Both the position numbers and the translations under genes were made by a program. DNA of 64,000 nt from an uncultured Aquiluna sp. GTDB lineage: Bacteria > Actinomycetota > Actinomycetes > Actinomycetales > Microbacteriaceae. The DNA lies in contig CAJYLB010000001.1 of NCBI GenBank assembly GCA_913775595.1, positions 186,001 to 250,000 of the forward strand, written 5' to 3'. Of this stretch, positions 1-11,472 are shown piece by piece; positions within the stretch are counted from its first letter, which is position 1, and every line of letters starts with the position of its first letter. Below the pieces are notes generated by a model that was not told the origin of the DNA, did not search any database, and was given only the letters and a program-made list of their open reading frames with translations.

Positions 1-272
1 GCCCAGTCGGCCCCTGGATAGAGACCGGATTTGACCCGAGCAATAAGCGAATAAGCTCCACCATCAATGGCGAAACCAAGCAGGATGCAAGTACCTCCGA
101 GATGGTTTATTCGCCTGAGTATTTGGTGTCCTACATCTCCCAGAACTTCACGCTGGAGCCGGGAGATATCATCCTGACAGGCTCCCCTGCCGGCATCTCA
201 AAGATTGTCTCCGGCGACAGGGTCGAGTGCACAATCGAGGGAATTGGAACTCTAGTCAGCTTGGTCAAATAG
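1..272 (+). CDS. Fumarylacetoacetate hydrolase family protein, 3' part (5' end outside the window)
   Basis: Frame 3 reads PVGPWIET...[15 protein letters not shown]...[10 protein letters not shown], the FAH-family C-terminal motif, with TAG at 270-272. Its position upstream of gltX is usual in Actinomycetota. Confidence 0.88.
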   Translation, partial: PVGPWIETGFDPSNKRISSTINGETKQDASTSEMVYSPEYLVSYISQNFTLEPGDIILTGSPAGISKIVSGDRVECTIEGIGTLVSLVK

Positions 273-286
273 GATTTCGGGTGACT

Positions 287-1786
287 ATGACTTCTCTAAA
301 CGCTCCCGTCACCCAGGCCCAAGGCTCAGACATCCGAGTTAGATTTTGCCCCAGCCCCACTGGCACCCCTCACGTTGGCCTTATTAGAACTGCCCTGTTC
401 AACTGGGCCTACGCCCGCAAGACCGGTGGAACGTTTGTTTTTCGTATTGAGGACACTGACGCCGCTCGCGACACTGAGGAGAGCTACGAACAGCTGGTCA
501 ATGCCCTGCGCTGGCTCGGACTCGACTGGGACGAGGGAGTCGATGTTGGAGGCCCTTCGGGTCCATATCGTCAGAGTGAACGCGGTCAGATCTACCTCGA
601 TGTGATTGAAAAGCTCAAGGCCTCGGGGCACCTTTATGAGAGCTTCCTCACCGCTGAGGAGATCGAAGAGAGAAATAAGGCCGCCGGCAGAGCTGTGCAG
701 CTGGGTTATGACAACTCTGAGCGAGAGCTGTCGGATGAGGATCGAGAGCGCTATCTCGCGGAGGGCAGGAGGCCAGCACTTCGTTTGAAGGTTCCCGCGG
801 AAGACATCACCTTCACAGATCTAGTTCGAGGTGAGATAACTTTTCCCGCTGGTAGCTTCCCGGACTTCGTGCTTGTCAGGCCTGGGGGCCAACCTCTCTA
901 CACACTGGTAAACCCAGTTGATGATGCCCTTATGGGCATCACCCATGTGCTGAGAGGTGAGGATTTGCTGTCCTCTACCCCGAGGCAGATTGTTCTCTAC
1001 AACGCCCTTGTCGAAGCCGGCATCACAGACTTCGTTCCGCAGTTTGGCCACCTACCTTTTGTCATGGGGGAGGGCAACAAAAAGCTAAGCAAGCGCAACC
1101 CGGAGAGCAACCTGTTTCTGCATCGCGATCGCGGATTCATCCGAGAGGGTCTGCTGAACTACCTTGCGCTATTGGGTTGGTCAATCTCCGCGGACAGGGA
1201 CATCTTCACGCTCACAGAGATGTGTGAAAATTTCGAAATTTCAGACGTGAATCCGAACCCGGCGAGGTTTGACCAGAAGAAGGCAGATTCGATTAACGCC
1301 TCTCACATCAGGCTGCTCGATGGGGAGGATTTCCGTGAGCGCCTCATTCCCTACCTGCAATCCGCGGGTGTTATGAGCTCAACTCCGAGTGAGCGGGAGC
1401 ACGAAATCCTTGCCATGGCAGCGCCGCTGATCCAAGAGCGAATCACTGTCTTGGGGGAGGCGCCAGGAATGGTTGGATTCTTGTTCGCGACCGAGATCAG
1501 CTTCGAAGAGGATGCGCTGAAACAGCTTGGCGAGGACGCGGGAAGTATTGCAAAGCTTGCACACGATGCTTTGCTGGGACTCGCGGAATTCAAAACCGAT
1601 GCAATCCAGGCAGCACTCAGTGAGGCGCTGATTGAGAAGGCTGAGCTAAAGCCGAGGGTTGCATTTGGTGCTGTTAGAACAGCTATTTCGGGCCGGAGAG
1701 TCACCCCACCGCTTTTTGAAAGCATGGAGATTCTTGGCAAGCAGGTTACGCTGGCGAGACTAGAGGCATTCTCAAAGGCCCACTAG
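287..1786 (+). CDS. gltX: Glutamate--tRNA ligase
   Basis: [13 protein letters not shown] (HIGH-like), [17 protein letters not shown] and KLSKR (KMSKS-like). Start at ATG 287, or GTG 281. Confidence 0.97.
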   Translation: MTSLNAPVTQAQGSDIRVRFCPSPTGTPHVGLIRTALFNWAYARKTGGTFVFRIEDTDAARDTEESYEQLVNALRWLGLDWDEGVDVGGPSGPYRQSERGQIYLDVIEKLKASGHLYESFLTAEEIEERNKAAGRAVQLGYDNSERELSDEDRERYLAEGRRPALRLKVPAEDITFTDLVRGEITFPAGSFPDFVLVRPGGQPLYTLVNPVDDALMGITHVLRGEDLLSSTPRQIVLYNALVEAGITDFVPQFGHLPFVMGEGNKKLSKRNPESNLFLHRDRGFIREGLLNYLALLGWSISADRDIFTLTEMCENFEISDVNPNPARFDQKKADSINASHIRLLDGEDFRERLIPYLQSAGVMSSTPSEREHEILAMAAPLIQERITVLGEAPGMVGFLFATEISFEEDALKQLGEDAGSIAKLAHDALLGLAEFKTDAIQAALSEALIEKAELKPRVAFGAVRTAISGRRVTPPLFESMEILGKQVTLARLEAFSKAH

Positions 1787-1804
1787 GATAGAGGCTTGCG
1801 CCCT

Positions 1805-1876
1805 TGGGGTATGGTGTAATTGGCAACACGGAGGTTTCTGGTACCTTTGTTCTTGGTTCGAGTCCAGGTACCCCAG
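1805..1876 (+). tRNA. tRNA-Gln (CTG)
   Basis: Acceptor stem TGGGGTA/TACCCCA, anticodon arm GAGGT-TTCTGGT-ACCTT, T-loop GGTTCGAGTCC. Confidence 0.96.
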
Positions 1877-1898
1877 CAAGTAGATTCGGAAGCCTGAA

Positions 1899-2282
1899 AT
1901 GCTTAATTCTTTCGCTTCAGGTTTTCTAGTTTTTGCTTATTTAGCAACAGCTCTCTTTCAAATAGCGATCGTTTTTGGCGCGCCCCTTGGCGAGTACGCA
2001 TACGGGGGTCGCAACCCTGGTGTCCTAAGCACTCCATACCGAATCGCAAGCGCTTTCTCAGCCCTTGTGATGTTCGCAATCGCCGGCCACTACCTGGCTC
2101 AGCTAGGAGTTTTCACACCGCTCCTTGATGAAGCTGGGAACTCAGTGGCCAACTGGGGCTTTGCGGCATTCGCTGGGTTAAGTGCGATTGCCAACAACAT
2201 AACTAGAAGCGAGAAAGAAAAAAGGCTTTGGGGCGGAACAACGATTGCCATGCTCCTAGCCGCGGTTATTGTTGCGGTTTAG
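1899..2282 (+). CDS. Small integral membrane protein of unknown function (about 4 TM)
   Basis: 127 aa ORF with four hydrophobic segments; fills the gap between tRNA-Gln and the convergent MBL gene. Confidence 0.75.
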   Translation: MLNSFASGFLVFAYLATALFQIAIVFGAPLGEYAYGGRNPGVLSTPYRIASAFSALVMFAIAGHYLAQLGVFTPLLDEAGNSVANWGFAAFAGLSAIANNITRSEKEKRLWGGTTIAMLLAAVIVAV

Positions 2283-2914
2283 ATTTCCCAGCTCTCACCG
2301 ACATTGAGAAATCTAAATTCTCCGCCGTATTGCTCCGTTAGCTCCATGATTCTCGAGTTTTGAAGCTTGTGGCCATGCTCAGAAAGCAGCGCATTGTGAG
2401 TGGGGAAGCATCTCTTTGGCTTTATTTCGACCAGGAAGTCCATCACGTCCGCAATCTTGAGCCAGGGTGCGCTTGATGGGCAGGCCAGAGTTTGCACCTT
2501 CACCTCGGGGATCGTGTAGCTGTCACCCGGGTAGTAAAGCTCGCCATTCACCATTAGCCCAAAGTTCTGCACCAAGGGTATGGAGCGGTGGATCTCTTGG
2601 TGAAAGTAGCCATAAAAATCCAGCGTGAAACCGTCAACCACATGTCTGTCACCGTGGTAGACCCTTGTGACATTTAGGCCTTTGAGCTTCTCAGCAACTT
2701 CTTCGGTGCCAAAGATTAGGAGATCTGGATTCTGCTTCAGCAGAGCCTCGAGGTGTGGCTTATAGCTGTGGTCATCGTGAATGTGAGAGAGGGTTATAGC
2801 CACGGGGTTTGAAATCTGGGGTGGGTTTTCGGAATACATGCCCGGGTCAACGACCAGCTGTTTGCCTGCAACCTCTAAAACCAGGCAGGCGTGCTCAAGC
2901 TTTGTAATCCTCAT
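2279..2914 (-). CDS. MBL-fold metallo-hydrolase
   Basis: HAC, VDPG, SHIHDDH (HxHxDH), YYPGDS and PTH motifs; GGAGG SD before the ATG. Confidence 0.92.
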   Translation of the reverse strand: MRITKLEHACLVLEVAGKQLVVDPGMYSENPPQISNPVAITLSHIHDDHSYKPHLEALLKQNPDLLIFGTEEVAEKLKGLNVTRVYHGDRHVVDGFTLDFYGYFHQEIHRSIPLVQNFGLMVNGELYYPGDSYTIPEVKVQTLACPSSAPWLKIADVMDFLVEIKPKRCFPTHNALLSEHGHKLQNSRIMELTEQYGGEFRFLNVGESWEI

Positions 2915-2962
2915 GGCGAACCTCCGGCAATCAGTCTATGTTTGAGGCAACAGGAGGTGGCA

Positions 2963-3850
2963 ATGAAGCCACTAGGAGTAATAATCAATCCAGCTGCGAA
3001 CCGCGGCCGAGGAAACAGTGTCGGTGAAAAGGCGCTAGCTGCTTTTCAGCAAGCCGGTATTCAAACAATCAATCTCAGCGGAGTAAGTCAGGACGATGCT
3101 CGCGGAAAAGTTAGCCAGAAAGCAGGCGAACTCTCTGGACTAGTCGCAATTGGTGGCGACGGAACCTCTCAGCTTGGAGTAAACTTGGCAATAGAACACT
3201 CGCTACCTGTGGGCCTGGTCCCAGCCGGCAGCGGTAATGATCAGGTTCGTGAACTTGCAATCTCTCTTACCGACACCGAGGCCGCAGTGGCAAATATCGT
3301 TGGCGCAATTGAGTGCCCACGGGCAGTTGATGTTATGTGGGTAGAGACCGAATACAGGCAGTTCTGGTCTCTGGGCTCCATCTCTGCCGGGTTCGATGCT
3401 CTTTGTGCCGAACGGGCCAATCGTTTGGTTTGGCCTAAGGGGCCCAACTCCTATGTTGCAGCTTTGTTTTTGGAGCTTCCCAGGTTCAAACCAATCGAAT
3501 ATCGGGTAGTGGCAGATGGAGATTCCAGAGAGTTCAAGGCGATGCTTTGCGGGGTTGCGAACGTGAAGAATTTCGGTGGTGGCATGCAAATCTCTCCAAG
3601 ATCTGAGATCACCGATGGCCAGGTAGAGGTCTTCATACTGCACGAGGTATCTAGAAGGAAGCTCCTCGAGATCTTTCCCAAGGTCTATAAGGGCGAACAC
3701 GTTAGATATGCAGAGGTAGAGATTTTCAAGGCAGCTAAGGTGCGGATTGAGAATGCGGGTTTCCCGATGACCTGTGACGGAGAAATCATCGGGCCCGCCC
3801 CATTCACAGTTGAGGTTAAACCAGGAGCGCTCTCGCTTCTGAGCCGTTAG
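2963..3850 (+). CDS. Diacylglycerol/lipid kinase family protein (YegS/DAGK-like)
   Basis: INPAA, GGDGT, PAGSGND, FGGG and DGE motifs; AGGAGG SD before ATG 2963. Confidence 0.92.
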   Translation: MKPLGVIINPAANRGRGNSVGEKALAAFQQAGIQTINLSGVSQDDARGKVSQKAGELSGLVAIGGDGTSQLGVNLAIEHSLPVGLVPAGSGNDQVRELAISLTDTEAAVANIVGAIECPRAVDVMWVETEYRQFWSLGSISAGFDALCAERANRLVWPKGPNSYVAALFLELPRFKPIEYRVVADGDSREFKAMLCGVANVKNFGGGMQISPRSEITDGQVEVFILHEVSRRKLLEIFPKVYKGEHVRYAEVEIFKAAKVRIENAGFPMTCDGEIIGPAPFTVEVKPGALSLLSR

Positions 3851-3897
3851 ATTGCCCATCGGGCTGGTTTGTGGCATGATTTCTAGGTTGCAACTAG

Positions 3898-3970
3898 GGC
3901 CCCATCGTTTAGCGGCCTAGGACGCTGCCCTCTCACGGCAGTAGCGCGGGTTCAAATCCCGCTGGGGTCA
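3898..3970 (+). tRNA. tRNA-Glu (CTC)
   Basis: Acceptor stem GGCCCCA/TGGGGTC, anticodon arm CTGCC-CTCTCAC-GGCAG, T-loop GGTTCAAATCC. Confidence 0.96.
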
Positions 3971-3971
3971 C

Positions 3972-4011
3972 AAATCTCACTCTTGATGACAAAATCTCGG
4001 GAGTGAGATTT
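3972..4011. terminator. Long hairpin between tRNA-Glu and the convergent MFS gene, probable bidirectional terminator
   Basis: AAATCTCACTC (3972-3982) pairs with GAGTGAGATTT (4001-4011); G-U pairs extend the stem. Confidence 0.7.
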
Positions 4012-4013
4012 CT

Positions 4014-5252
4014 TTATGCCCGCCACCTTCTTGAGTAGGCGGTTGCAACTACTATCAACACCACGGGTAGTAGCGCCGCCGCGTTGAGGCCGCCAAAAGT
4101 GTAGAGGGTGAGGATAGTGCCCGACACCGCCCCACCAAAAGCCCCGCTGAGACTCATCAGGGAATCGCTGAAGCCTTGAACCACCGGCTTCTGATCTACT
4201 TCCAAAACCTCTGACAGCAGTGCGCTTGCGGCGACGGTTGCGGCTGACCAGCCAAGGCCAAGCAGGAAAAGTCCGATGACAACCAGCGTGAAGTTGAACT
4301 GCCCAAATCCAGAGATGGCCAGTGAGCAAAGGAGCACAAACTGCCCCAGAAGAATGGTCTGCTTGGCACCAATGCGATCGCTGAGAATTCCAAATACTGG
4401 CGCAAACGCATACATACCGGCAACGTGCAAAGAAATGGTAAAGCCGACTTCTGCGAGTGAGTGGCCCTCGCCTGATAGGTGGGCAGGGGTCATGCTCATC
4501 ACGGAGACCATAACCATGTGGCTAAGTGCGATAGTCAGGATGGTGAAGGCAGCGAGGGGATTTCGCCTGATAATTCCGATGGCTTCACTGCTTTTTCGCT
4601 GCGGTAGACCCTGCTCAATTCCAGCAACCTGCTGGGCCAGCAGGAGAGGATCAGGGCGCAACCCAAACCAGAACACCAGGGTCGAAGTGGTCTGCGCAAA
4701 GATTGTCAGGAGGAATGGTCCTGCCAGATGTGGCAGCCCGATGGCGAGCCCCATCGCCTCTCCTGGGGCAATTAGATTGGGCCCAACTACCGCTCCAAGA
4801 GTTGTCGCCCACACCACAATCGAGAGATCTTTGCCTTTGGGCCTGCTCGTGGGTATGTCGGCAGCTGCAAACCGCGCCTGAAGCCCCACTGCCGTTGCGG
4901 AACCTAGGAAGAAGAGTGCCACCAGCTCAACAGGAAAAGAGCGCAGGGCCGCGGCCAGCATCATCCCTGCGGCACCGAGGATTGCAAGAAACGCCCCTAG
5001 GGCAAGAGCTGGCCTGCGTCCCCTTCGAGCTGCGAGCCTTGCAAGAGGTATCGACAGAAATGCGGCGCCAAGGGTGCTCAGGGTTGCAGCGGCTCCGCTC
5101 CATGCCGGTGTCCCGCTTAGCTCCGTGGCCATAATCGCGCCAACGGAGAGCGTTGCGCCGAAGCCAAAGCCACCAAGAGCCTGGCCGAGGGCCAGGACTT
5201 TCACGGCCCTCGCCTGAATCTGGTTCAGGTCATGGCCAAGCTTCTGCTGCAC
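4014..5252 (-). CDS. MFS transporter
   Basis: 412 aa with about 12 hydrophobic segments; motif-A-like loops LAARRGRR and [10 protein letters not shown]. Confidence 0.9.
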   Translation of the reverse strand: MQQKLGHDLNQIQARAVKVLALGQALGGFGFGATLSVGAIMATELSGTPAWSGAAATLSTLGAAFLSIPLARLAARRGRRPALALGAFLAILGAAGMMLAAALRSFPVELVALFFLGSATAVGLQARFAAADIPTSRPKGKDLSIVVWATTLGAVVGPNLIAPGEAMGLAIGLPHLAGPFLLTIFAQTTSTLVFWFGLRPDPLLLAQQVAGIEQGLPQRKSSEAIGIIRRNPLAAFTILTIALSHMVMVSVMSMTPAHLSGEGHSLAEVGFTISLHVAGMYAFAPVFGILSDRIGAKQTILLGQFVLLCSLAISGFGQFNFTLVVIGLFLLGLGWSAATVAASALLSEVLEVDQKPVVQGFSDSLMSLSGAFGGAVSGTILTLYTFGGLNAAALLPVVLIVVATAYSRRWRA

Positions 5253-5308
5253 CCCATCAATCTACTCCTTCGGCTAAACTTGTGTGCCGGCGCACCTGCG
5301 AGGAGATC

Positions 5309-6724
5309 ATGTCTCAAAAACCCCTAACCCTGGCTGAAAAGCTGTGGCGCGACCACCTTGTGGTCAAGGGCGAAAACGGCGCGCCAGATCTTCTCTACAT
5401 CGACCTTCACCTGATTCACGAGGTCACCTCTCCCCAGGCTTTTGACGGCCTCCGACTGGCCGGTCGCGACATCAGGCGCAAGGACCTGACAATTGCGACC
5501 GAGGACCACAACACCCCAACCGCCGACATTCACCTCCCAATTGCGGAGCCCACCTCGAGAGCCCAGGTTCAGGCCCTCAGGGACAACACCGCGGAGTATG
5601 GGGTCAGGATTCACTCTCTTGGAGACAAGAACCAGGGAATCGTTCACGTTGTGGGTCCGCAGCTTGGCTTGACAATGCCGGGACTCACCATTGTCTGTGG
5701 TGACTCCCACACCTCTACGCATGGAGCATTTGGCTCGCTAGCGATGGGAATCGGCACAAGTGAGGTCGAGCATGTCCTTGCGACTCAGACTCTTCCGCTC
5801 AAGCCGTTCAAAACGATGGCAATAAATGTTGAGGGAACTCTGAGACCAGGGGTTTCCGCCAAGGACATCATTCTGGCCGTGATTGCAAAGATCACCACCG
5901 GTGGTGGTCAGGGTTACGTCCTTGAGTATCGTGGCAGCGCAATCAGGTCGCTCTCCATGGAGGGCAGGATGACCATTTGCAACATGTCCATTGAGGCTGG
6001 TGCAAGGGCCGGAATGGTTGCTCCTGATGAGGTCACCTTTGAATACCTAAAGGGCCGCCCCCACGCGCCAGAGGGTGCAGATTGGGATGCCGCGATGGAG
6101 TACTGGAAGACCCTCAAGACTGATGAAGATGCGGTCTTCGATGCCGAGGTCTTCATCGACGCTGACAAGCTGGATCCATTTGTTACCTGGGGAACAAACC
6201 CCGGCCAGGGAGTTTCGCTACTAGACAGCGTTCCAGACCCCGCTAGCTATGAAGATCCGTCACTTAGGGCCGCTGCAGAGCGCGCACTTGAATACATGGA
6301 CCTTCAGCCCGGTACGAAGATGAAGGATATCGCTGTCAACACAGTGTTCCTGGGCTCCTGCACCAACGCTCGCATTGAAGATTTGCGAGCTGCGGCCGAA
6401 ATCATCAAGGGCAAAAAGAAAGCCGACGGTATTCGCATGATGGTGGTCCCCGGGTCTCAAAAGGTCAGGCTCCAGGCCGAAGAGGAGGGTCTGGACAAGG
6501 TTTTCAAGGACTTTGGAGCCGAGTGGCGGTTTGCAGGCTGCTCGATGTGCCTGGGCATGAACCCAGACCAACTGGGTCCCGGAGAGCGTGCCGCATCCAC
6601 TTCGAACCGAAACTTCGAGGGAAGGCAGGGCAAGGGAGCCAGGACTCACCTGGTCTCACCGGTAGTGGCAGCTGCGACCGCAATTCGCGGAACCCTCTCG
6701 AGCCCTGCGGACTTGGAGGGGTAA
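5309..6724 (+). CDS. leuC: 3-isopropylmalate dehydratase large subunit
   Basis: [28 protein letters not shown] and [19 protein letters not shown] before ATG 5309. Confidence 0.97.
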   Translation: MSQKPLTLAEKLWRDHLVVKGENGAPDLLYIDLHLIHEVTSPQAFDGLRLAGRDIRRKDLTIATEDHNTPTADIHLPIAEPTSRAQVQALRDNTAEYGVRIHSLGDKNQGIVHVVGPQLGLTMPGLTIVCGDSHTSTHGAFGSLAMGIGTSEVEHVLATQTLPLKPFKTMAINVEGTLRPGVSAKDIILAVIAKITTGGGQGYVLEYRGSAIRSLSMEGRMTICNMSIEAGARAGMVAPDEVTFEYLKGRPHAPEGADWDAAMEYWKTLKTDEDAVFDAEVFIDADKLDPFVTWGTNPGQGVSLLDSVPDPASYEDPSLRAAAERALEYMDLQPGTKMKDIAVNTVFLGSCTNARIEDLRAAAEIIKGKKKADGIRMMVVPGSQKVRLQAEEEGLDKVFKDFGAEWRFAGCSMCLGMNPDQLGPGERAASTSNRNFEGRQGKGARTHLVSPVVAAATAIRGTLSSPADLEG

Positions 6725-7326
6725 TGGAGCGTATTTCAGTCTTCACGGGTATTGCTGCTCCCCTCAAGCGCAGCAATGTTGACACGGACCAGATCATCCC
6801 AGCGGTCTATTTGAAGCGCATCACCAAAACTGGGTATGAAGACGGGCTATTTGCAAACTGGCGCCAGGACCCCGATTTTGTCCTAAACAATGCACCTTTC
6901 GACAAGGCTGAGGTTCTAATTGCGGGAAGCGATTTTGGTACCGGCTCGTCTCGCGAGCACGCAGTTTGGGCACTGAGGGACTTTGGATTCAAGGCTGTTT
7001 TCAGCTCCAAGTTCGCAGACATCTTCCATGGCAATGCTGGAAAGCAGGGGTTGGTTGCAGGCGTAATTTCTGAGGAAGCGACAAATCAGATCTGGGAGGC
7101 CATTGACGCAAACCCAGGTCTCGAGGTGAAGGTGGACCTTCCCGCCCAACAGCTGAGCTACGGGGACACGGTAGTGCCATTTGAGATAGACGAATACACT
7201 AAATGGCGTCTCATGGAGGGGCTTGATGACATTGGCATCACGCTCCAGAACGAGCAGGCCATTGCCGACTATGAGGCCAGAAGAGAGTCCTGGAAACCCA
7301 AGACCCTCCCTGCCAAAGGAGTCTGA
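6724..7326 (+). CDS. leuD: 3-isopropylmalate dehydratase small subunit
   Basis: [20 protein letters not shown] and GLDDIG; TAATG overlap with leuC. Confidence 0.97.
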   Translation: MERISVFTGIAAPLKRSNVDTDQIIPAVYLKRITKTGYEDGLFANWRQDPDFVLNNAPFDKAEVLIAGSDFGTGSSREHAVWALRDFGFKAVFSSKFADIFHGNAGKQGLVAGVISEEATNQIWEAIDANPGLEVKVDLPAQQLSYGDTVVPFEIDEYTKWRLMEGLDDIGITLQNEQAIADYEARRESWKPKTLPAKGV

Positions 7327-8643
7327 TTGTCTCAGATCACCATCAATGGTGGAAAGCCGCTAACCGGTCGCGTTGATCTAAAAGGTTCAAAGAATCTAGT
7401 CACCAAGGCCATGGTTGCCGCGCTCCTGGGAGATACTCCCTCGACCCTGCTGGATGTGCCATTCATCTCCGATGTTGAGGTTGTGTCCCGGCTATTGAAC
7501 TTGCATGGCGTTGCCATCAATCACGATGAACGCACCGGAGACATGATTCTTGACCCCTCCAGGGTTGAGCAGGCTCGAATGACCGACATCGATGCCTATG
7601 CGGGATCCTCGCGAATTCCAATACTTTTTTGTGGTCCTCTGCTACATCGACTTGGCGAGGCATTTATCCCGGGTCTGGGTGGATGTGAGATTGGCTCGAG
7701 ACCGGTTGATTTTCACTTTGATGTTCTAAGAAGCTTTGGAGCAGTAATTGAGAAGCACCCGGGCGGAACCAGGCTGAGCGCCCCAGAGGGGCTCAAGGGG
7801 ACAAAGATTGAGCTGCCCTACCCATCTGTAGGTGCAACCGAGCAGGTTCTGCTGACGGCCACAATTTCCGAGGGCAAAACTGAGCTTTCCGGAGCGGCAA
7901 TCGAGCCTGAAATCATCGATCTGATCTCAATCCTGCAAAAGATGGGCGCAATTATCTCGGTTGACACCGACCGAGTAATTCGCATCGAAGGAGTGAAGTC
8001 CCTGAAGGGCTTTACCCACAGGGCAATCTTTGACCGAAATGAGGCTGCCAGCTGGGCGGCTGCAGCGCTTGCAACCGGCGGCGACATCTATGTCGGTGGC
8101 GCAAAGCAGGTCGAGATGATGACCTTCCTAAACGTCTACCGCAAGGTCGGTGGTCAGCTTGAAATAGGCGATGACGGTATTCGCTTCTACCATCCGGGCA
8201 CCGAGCTACAGCCGGTTGTCATTGAAACTGATGTTCACCCAGGGTTTATGACCGACTGGCAGCAACCTCTGGTTGTTGCCCTCACTCAGGCTCAAGGACT
8301 CTCGATTGTCCACGAAACCGTCTATGAGCAGCGCTTCGGGTTCACCGACGCCCTAAAACAGATGGGTGCAAACATTCAGATTTACAGGGAGTGTCTAGGT
8401 GGCCACCCCTGCCGCTTTGGTCAGCGAAACTTCAATCACTCAGCAGTAGTCTCCGGCCCCACCAAGCTGCTCGGTGCAGACATTAGGGTCCCAGACCTGC
8501 GTGGGGGCTTCTCGCACGTCGTTGCTGCACTTGCCGCCGATGGTGAGTCAAATGTCTCGAATGTGCAGCTAATCTCAAGGGGTTATGAGCGCTTCCTGCA
8601 AAAGCTTGAGGACCTTGGGGCCGATTTCACCTTCGAGGCCTAG
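7327..8643 (+). CDS. murA: UDP-N-acetylglucosamine 1-carboxyvinyltransferase
   Basis: GSKN, GGCEIGSRP, SVGATE, HPGFMTD, DLRGG and RGYE. Confidence 0.95.
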   Translation: MSQITINGGKPLTGRVDLKGSKNLVTKAMVAALLGDTPSTLLDVPFISDVEVVSRLLNLHGVAINHDERTGDMILDPSRVEQARMTDIDAYAGSSRIPILFCGPLLHRLGEAFIPGLGGCEIGSRPVDFHFDVLRSFGAVIEKHPGGTRLSAPEGLKGTKIELPYPSVGATEQVLLTATISEGKTELSGAAIEPEIIDLISILQKMGAIISVDTDRVIRIEGVKSLKGFTHRAIFDRNEAASWAAAALATGGDIYVGGAKQVEMMTFLNVYRKVGGQLEIGDDGIRFYHPGTELQPVVIETDVHPGFMTDWQQPLVVALTQAQGLSIVHETVYEQRFGFTDALKQMGANIQIYRECLGGHPCRFGQRNFNHSAVVSGPTKLLGADIRVPDLRGGFSHVVAALAADGESNVSNVQLISRGYERFLQKLEDLGADFTFEA

Positions 8644-8645
8644 TC

Positions 8646-9407
8646 ATGGCTAAGCCCCCTATCCCAAAGGCTCCAAAAACCGAAAACACATTTGCCTTTC
8701 GGCTAATCGCTTTCTTTCTGGCCCCGCTACTTAGGTTGTTTTTCAATATAAAGACCGAGGGTCAAGAGAACCTCCCAAGAGGTGGTTACGTTCTCGTTGG
8801 CAATCACCTGAGCTATCTAGATCCCCTTGCTTTCGCCTATTCGGTGTACATCCACATGAAGCGGGTTCCGCACTACCTTGCCAAGGAGTCTCTGTTTAGA
8901 GTTCCAGTGCTAAAACAGGTCCTACCAAAGGTTGGGCAAATTCCCGTCTATCGCACGGGCAACTCCAATGAAGATGCGCTTCGAGCAGCAAAGGACTTCC
9001 TGAGAGCTGGACAGGTGGTCGTGGTGTTCCCGGAGGGAACCCTCACACGTGACCCCGAGCTTTGGCCAATGCGTGGTAAGCATGGAGCTGTTCGAATGGC
9101 GGCGGAGCTCGGGTTGCCAATTGTTCCCGCTGCCCATTGGGGCGTGCACAAGGTGATGGGGAACTACGACAAGAAGTTCCGCCCAAACCCTTTCCACACC
9201 GTCCACGTCAAGATCGGAAAACCACTCGACTTCTCCTCTTTGGGAGCAACACCAGCTGCCAAAGATCTCAACGCTGCCACCGAGCAGGTGATGAATGCCA
9301 TTGCAGACCTGGTTGGGCAGCTAAGGGGAGAGGAGCCTCCCAAGAAGCGGTGGGATCCAACCGCGCACGCCCAAGACGAGACCGGGAACTTCAGGAAGCG
9401 TAAATGA
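8646..9407 (+). CDS. plsC: 1-acyl-sn-glycerol-3-phosphate acyltransferase
   Basis: NHLSYLD (HX4D) and FPEGT motifs. Confidence 0.88.
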   Translation: MAKPPIPKAPKTENTFAFRLIAFFLAPLLRLFFNIKTEGQENLPRGGYVLVGNHLSYLDPLAFAYSVYIHMKRVPHYLAKESLFRVPVLKQVLPKVGQIPVYRTGNSNEDALRAAKDFLRAGQVVVVFPEGTLTRDPELWPMRGKHGAVRMAAELGLPIVPAAHWGVHKVMGNYDKKFRPNPFHTVHVKIGKPLDFSSLGATPAAKDLNAATEQVMNAIADLVGQLRGEEPPKKRWDPTAHAQDETGNFRKRK

Positions 9408-10405
9408 GTCGCTACGTAGTCATAGGTGCTGGGAGCTGGGGCACCACAGTTGCAAAGGTGATTGCAGATGGCGGTCACGAGGTGACCCTATGGGCAAGAA
9501 AGCCAGAGCTTGCAGCGGAGATTGTTGCCGCTTCTGAAAACAAACCGTATTTGCCCGGCATCAAGTTGCCTGAAAACCTTGTGGCAACCTCAGACCTCGA
9601 GACTGCTCTTGCAGGCAGCGAGCAAATATATTTGGCAATCCCCTCGCAGTCGCTGCGATCGAACCTGGAAAATTGGAAGCCATTGATTCCAAAGGGCGCG
9701 ACGCTGATAAGCCTTATGAAGGGACTTGAGGCGGAGACGGGCTTGCGAATGAGTGAAGTTATCTCAGAGGTGCTGGAGATTCCCAGCAGCCAAGTTGCAG
9801 TTCTTTCGGGACCAAACCTCGCGCTTGAGATTGCCAGGAAAGAACCTGCCGCAGCTGTGTGCGCTTGCGAAGACCCAGAGCGAGCAAGCGAAGTGGCACG
9901 GGTTAGCTCCTCGGACTACTTCACCGTATTCACAAACCAAGATGTCATGGGCACGGAGCTTGGTGGCGTATTGAAGAATCTCATAGCGGTTGCCATTGGA
10001 ATTGTGAACGGGCTTGGCTACGGACAAAACACGAAAGCCTCCATAATGACCCGCGGACTTGGAGAGATAACTAACTTTGCACTTGAGCACGGGGCTAGGA
10101 GGCGCACGATGTTCGGTCTTGCGGGACTGGGAGACCTCATAGCAACCTCAGAGTCCTCACTGTCACGAAACTTCCGCGCAGGAGAGATGCTGGGGCAGGG
10201 CATGAGCGGCCCCGAGGTTCTTGAGTCCATGAACCAGGTCGCAGAGGGCCTTGGCTCGCTCCGGCCGGTGCTGGAAATAGCAGGGCGCCTAGGCATAGAA
10301 ATGCCGATTGTGTCGCAAGTCGAGGATGTTTATCAGGGCAGAATGAAACCCAGCGAATTTGGCAAGCAGCTGAATCTTGCCGACGATGTCGAGATGGAGT
10401 TCTGA
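9404..10405 (+). CDS. gpsA: NAD(P)H-dependent glycerol-3-phosphate dehydrogenase
   Basis: GAGSWGT, SGPNLA, LKNLIA, GLGDLIAT and SRN. Confidence 0.96.
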   Translation: MSRYVVIGAGSWGTTVAKVIADGGHEVTLWARKPELAAEIVAASENKPYLPGIKLPENLVATSDLETALAGSEQIYLAIPSQSLRSNLENWKPLIPKGATLISLMKGLEAETGLRMSEVISEVLEIPSSQVAVLSGPNLALEIARKEPAAAVCACEDPERASEVARVSSSDYFTVFTNQDVMGTELGGVLKNLIAVAIGIVNGLGYGQNTKASIMTRGLGEITNFALEHGARRRTMFGLAGLGDLIATSESSLSRNFRAGEMLGQGMSGPEVLESMNQVAEGLGSLRPVLEIAGRLGIEMPIVSQVEDVYQGRMKPSEFGKQLNLADDVEMEF

Positions 10406-11472
10406 TGCTCAAACTGGCACTTATCTACGGCGGTAAGTCGAGTGAGCACAGCGTGTCCTGTGTCACAGCCCTAGGTGTTCACGAGGCAATCGATCAGAGC
10501 AAGTACGAAATTATCCCGGTTGGCATTACCCCGAGCGGGAGATTTGTGCTTGAACCGGTGAACCTAGATTGGCAACTCTCGGGCTGGCCAAAGGTTTCCG
10601 AGGACTCACCTGAGCTGCTCTTGCCGGTTGGGGGTGGCGAGCTTCGCATGGCCGCCACGGGCATGTCGCTTGGGAAGATTGACATTGCTTTTCCCGTGCT
10701 GCACGGTCTCAACGGTGAAGACGGTTCAATTCAAGGACTTCTCCAGCTATGCAAGATTCCCTATGTGGGGAATGGTGTCTTGGCGTCGGCGCTCGCTATG
10801 AACAAGGCAATTGCCAAGAGCACATTTAGAGACGCCGGGATTCCAGTCGCCAAAGACATGGTGATAACTCGCTCCGAATGGCAATTGAACCGAGAGCAGA
10901 TATTGAAATCTGCCGGCAAGTTTCTAAATCCAAGCTGCTTTGTAAAGCCCTCGAGGTCAGGCTCTTCCGTTGGAGTCACCAAAGCTCATGACCTCCTGGA
11001 GCTTGAAACCGGCATCGAGGAGGCCCTTGGTCACGACAACACCGCTCTGGTTGAAGAGCACGTTATCGGTCGTGAGATCGAGTGCTCGGTTCTTGAGCAC
11101 CCGGGCGGCGAGCTACAGGTGTCGCTCGCGGGCGAGATTGTTGTCGCTGGCGATGGCTTCTATGACTATGACAACAAGTATCTAGGCTCGGGCGCTGAGC
11201 TGAAAGTTCCTACTGAGCTGACTAATAAGGAGCTTGCTCAGATGCATGAGCTAGCCATCAAAGCATTCAAAGCGGCAGGCTGCAGCGGTCTTGCAAGAAC
11301 CGATTTTTTCTTGACCAAGAAGGGATTGGTGCTAACTGAAATCAATACCCTGCCCGGCTTCACCCCGATTTCTATGTATCCGGCCCTGTTTGCAGCTTCT
11401 GGGGTGAAATACGCGGACCTGATCGAGACTCTTATTGCTCGAGGCATCGAGCTCGGTTACGAGCCTCGCTAG
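10405..11472 (+). CDS. ddl: D-alanine--D-alanine ligase
   Basis: GGKSSEH, HGLNGEDG, GSSVG, FYDYDNKY and EINTLPGFT. Confidence 0.96.
   Translation: MLKLALIYGGKSSEHSVSCVTALGVHEAIDQSKYEIIPVGITPSGRFVLEPVNLDWQLSGWPKVSEDSPELLLPVGGGELRMAATGMSLGKIDIAFPVLHGLNGEDGSIQGLLQLCKIPYVGNGVLASALAMNKAIAKSTFRDAGIPVAKDMVITRSEWQLNREQILKSAGKFLNPSCFVKPSRSGSSVGVTKAHDLLELETGIEEALGHDNTALVEEHVIGREIECSVLEHPGGELQVSLAGEIVVAGDGFYDYDNKYLGSGAELKVPTELTNKELAQMHELAIKAFKAAGCSGLARTDFFLTKKGLVLTEINTLPGFTPISMYPALFAASGVKYADLIETLIARGIELGYEPR

Noticed and set aside
7327..11472. Resistance-type variants of MurA or Ddl
   Set aside because: MurA keeps the active-site Cys (GGCEIG) and Ddl has the YDYxxKY loop typical of D-Ala-D-Ala ligases.
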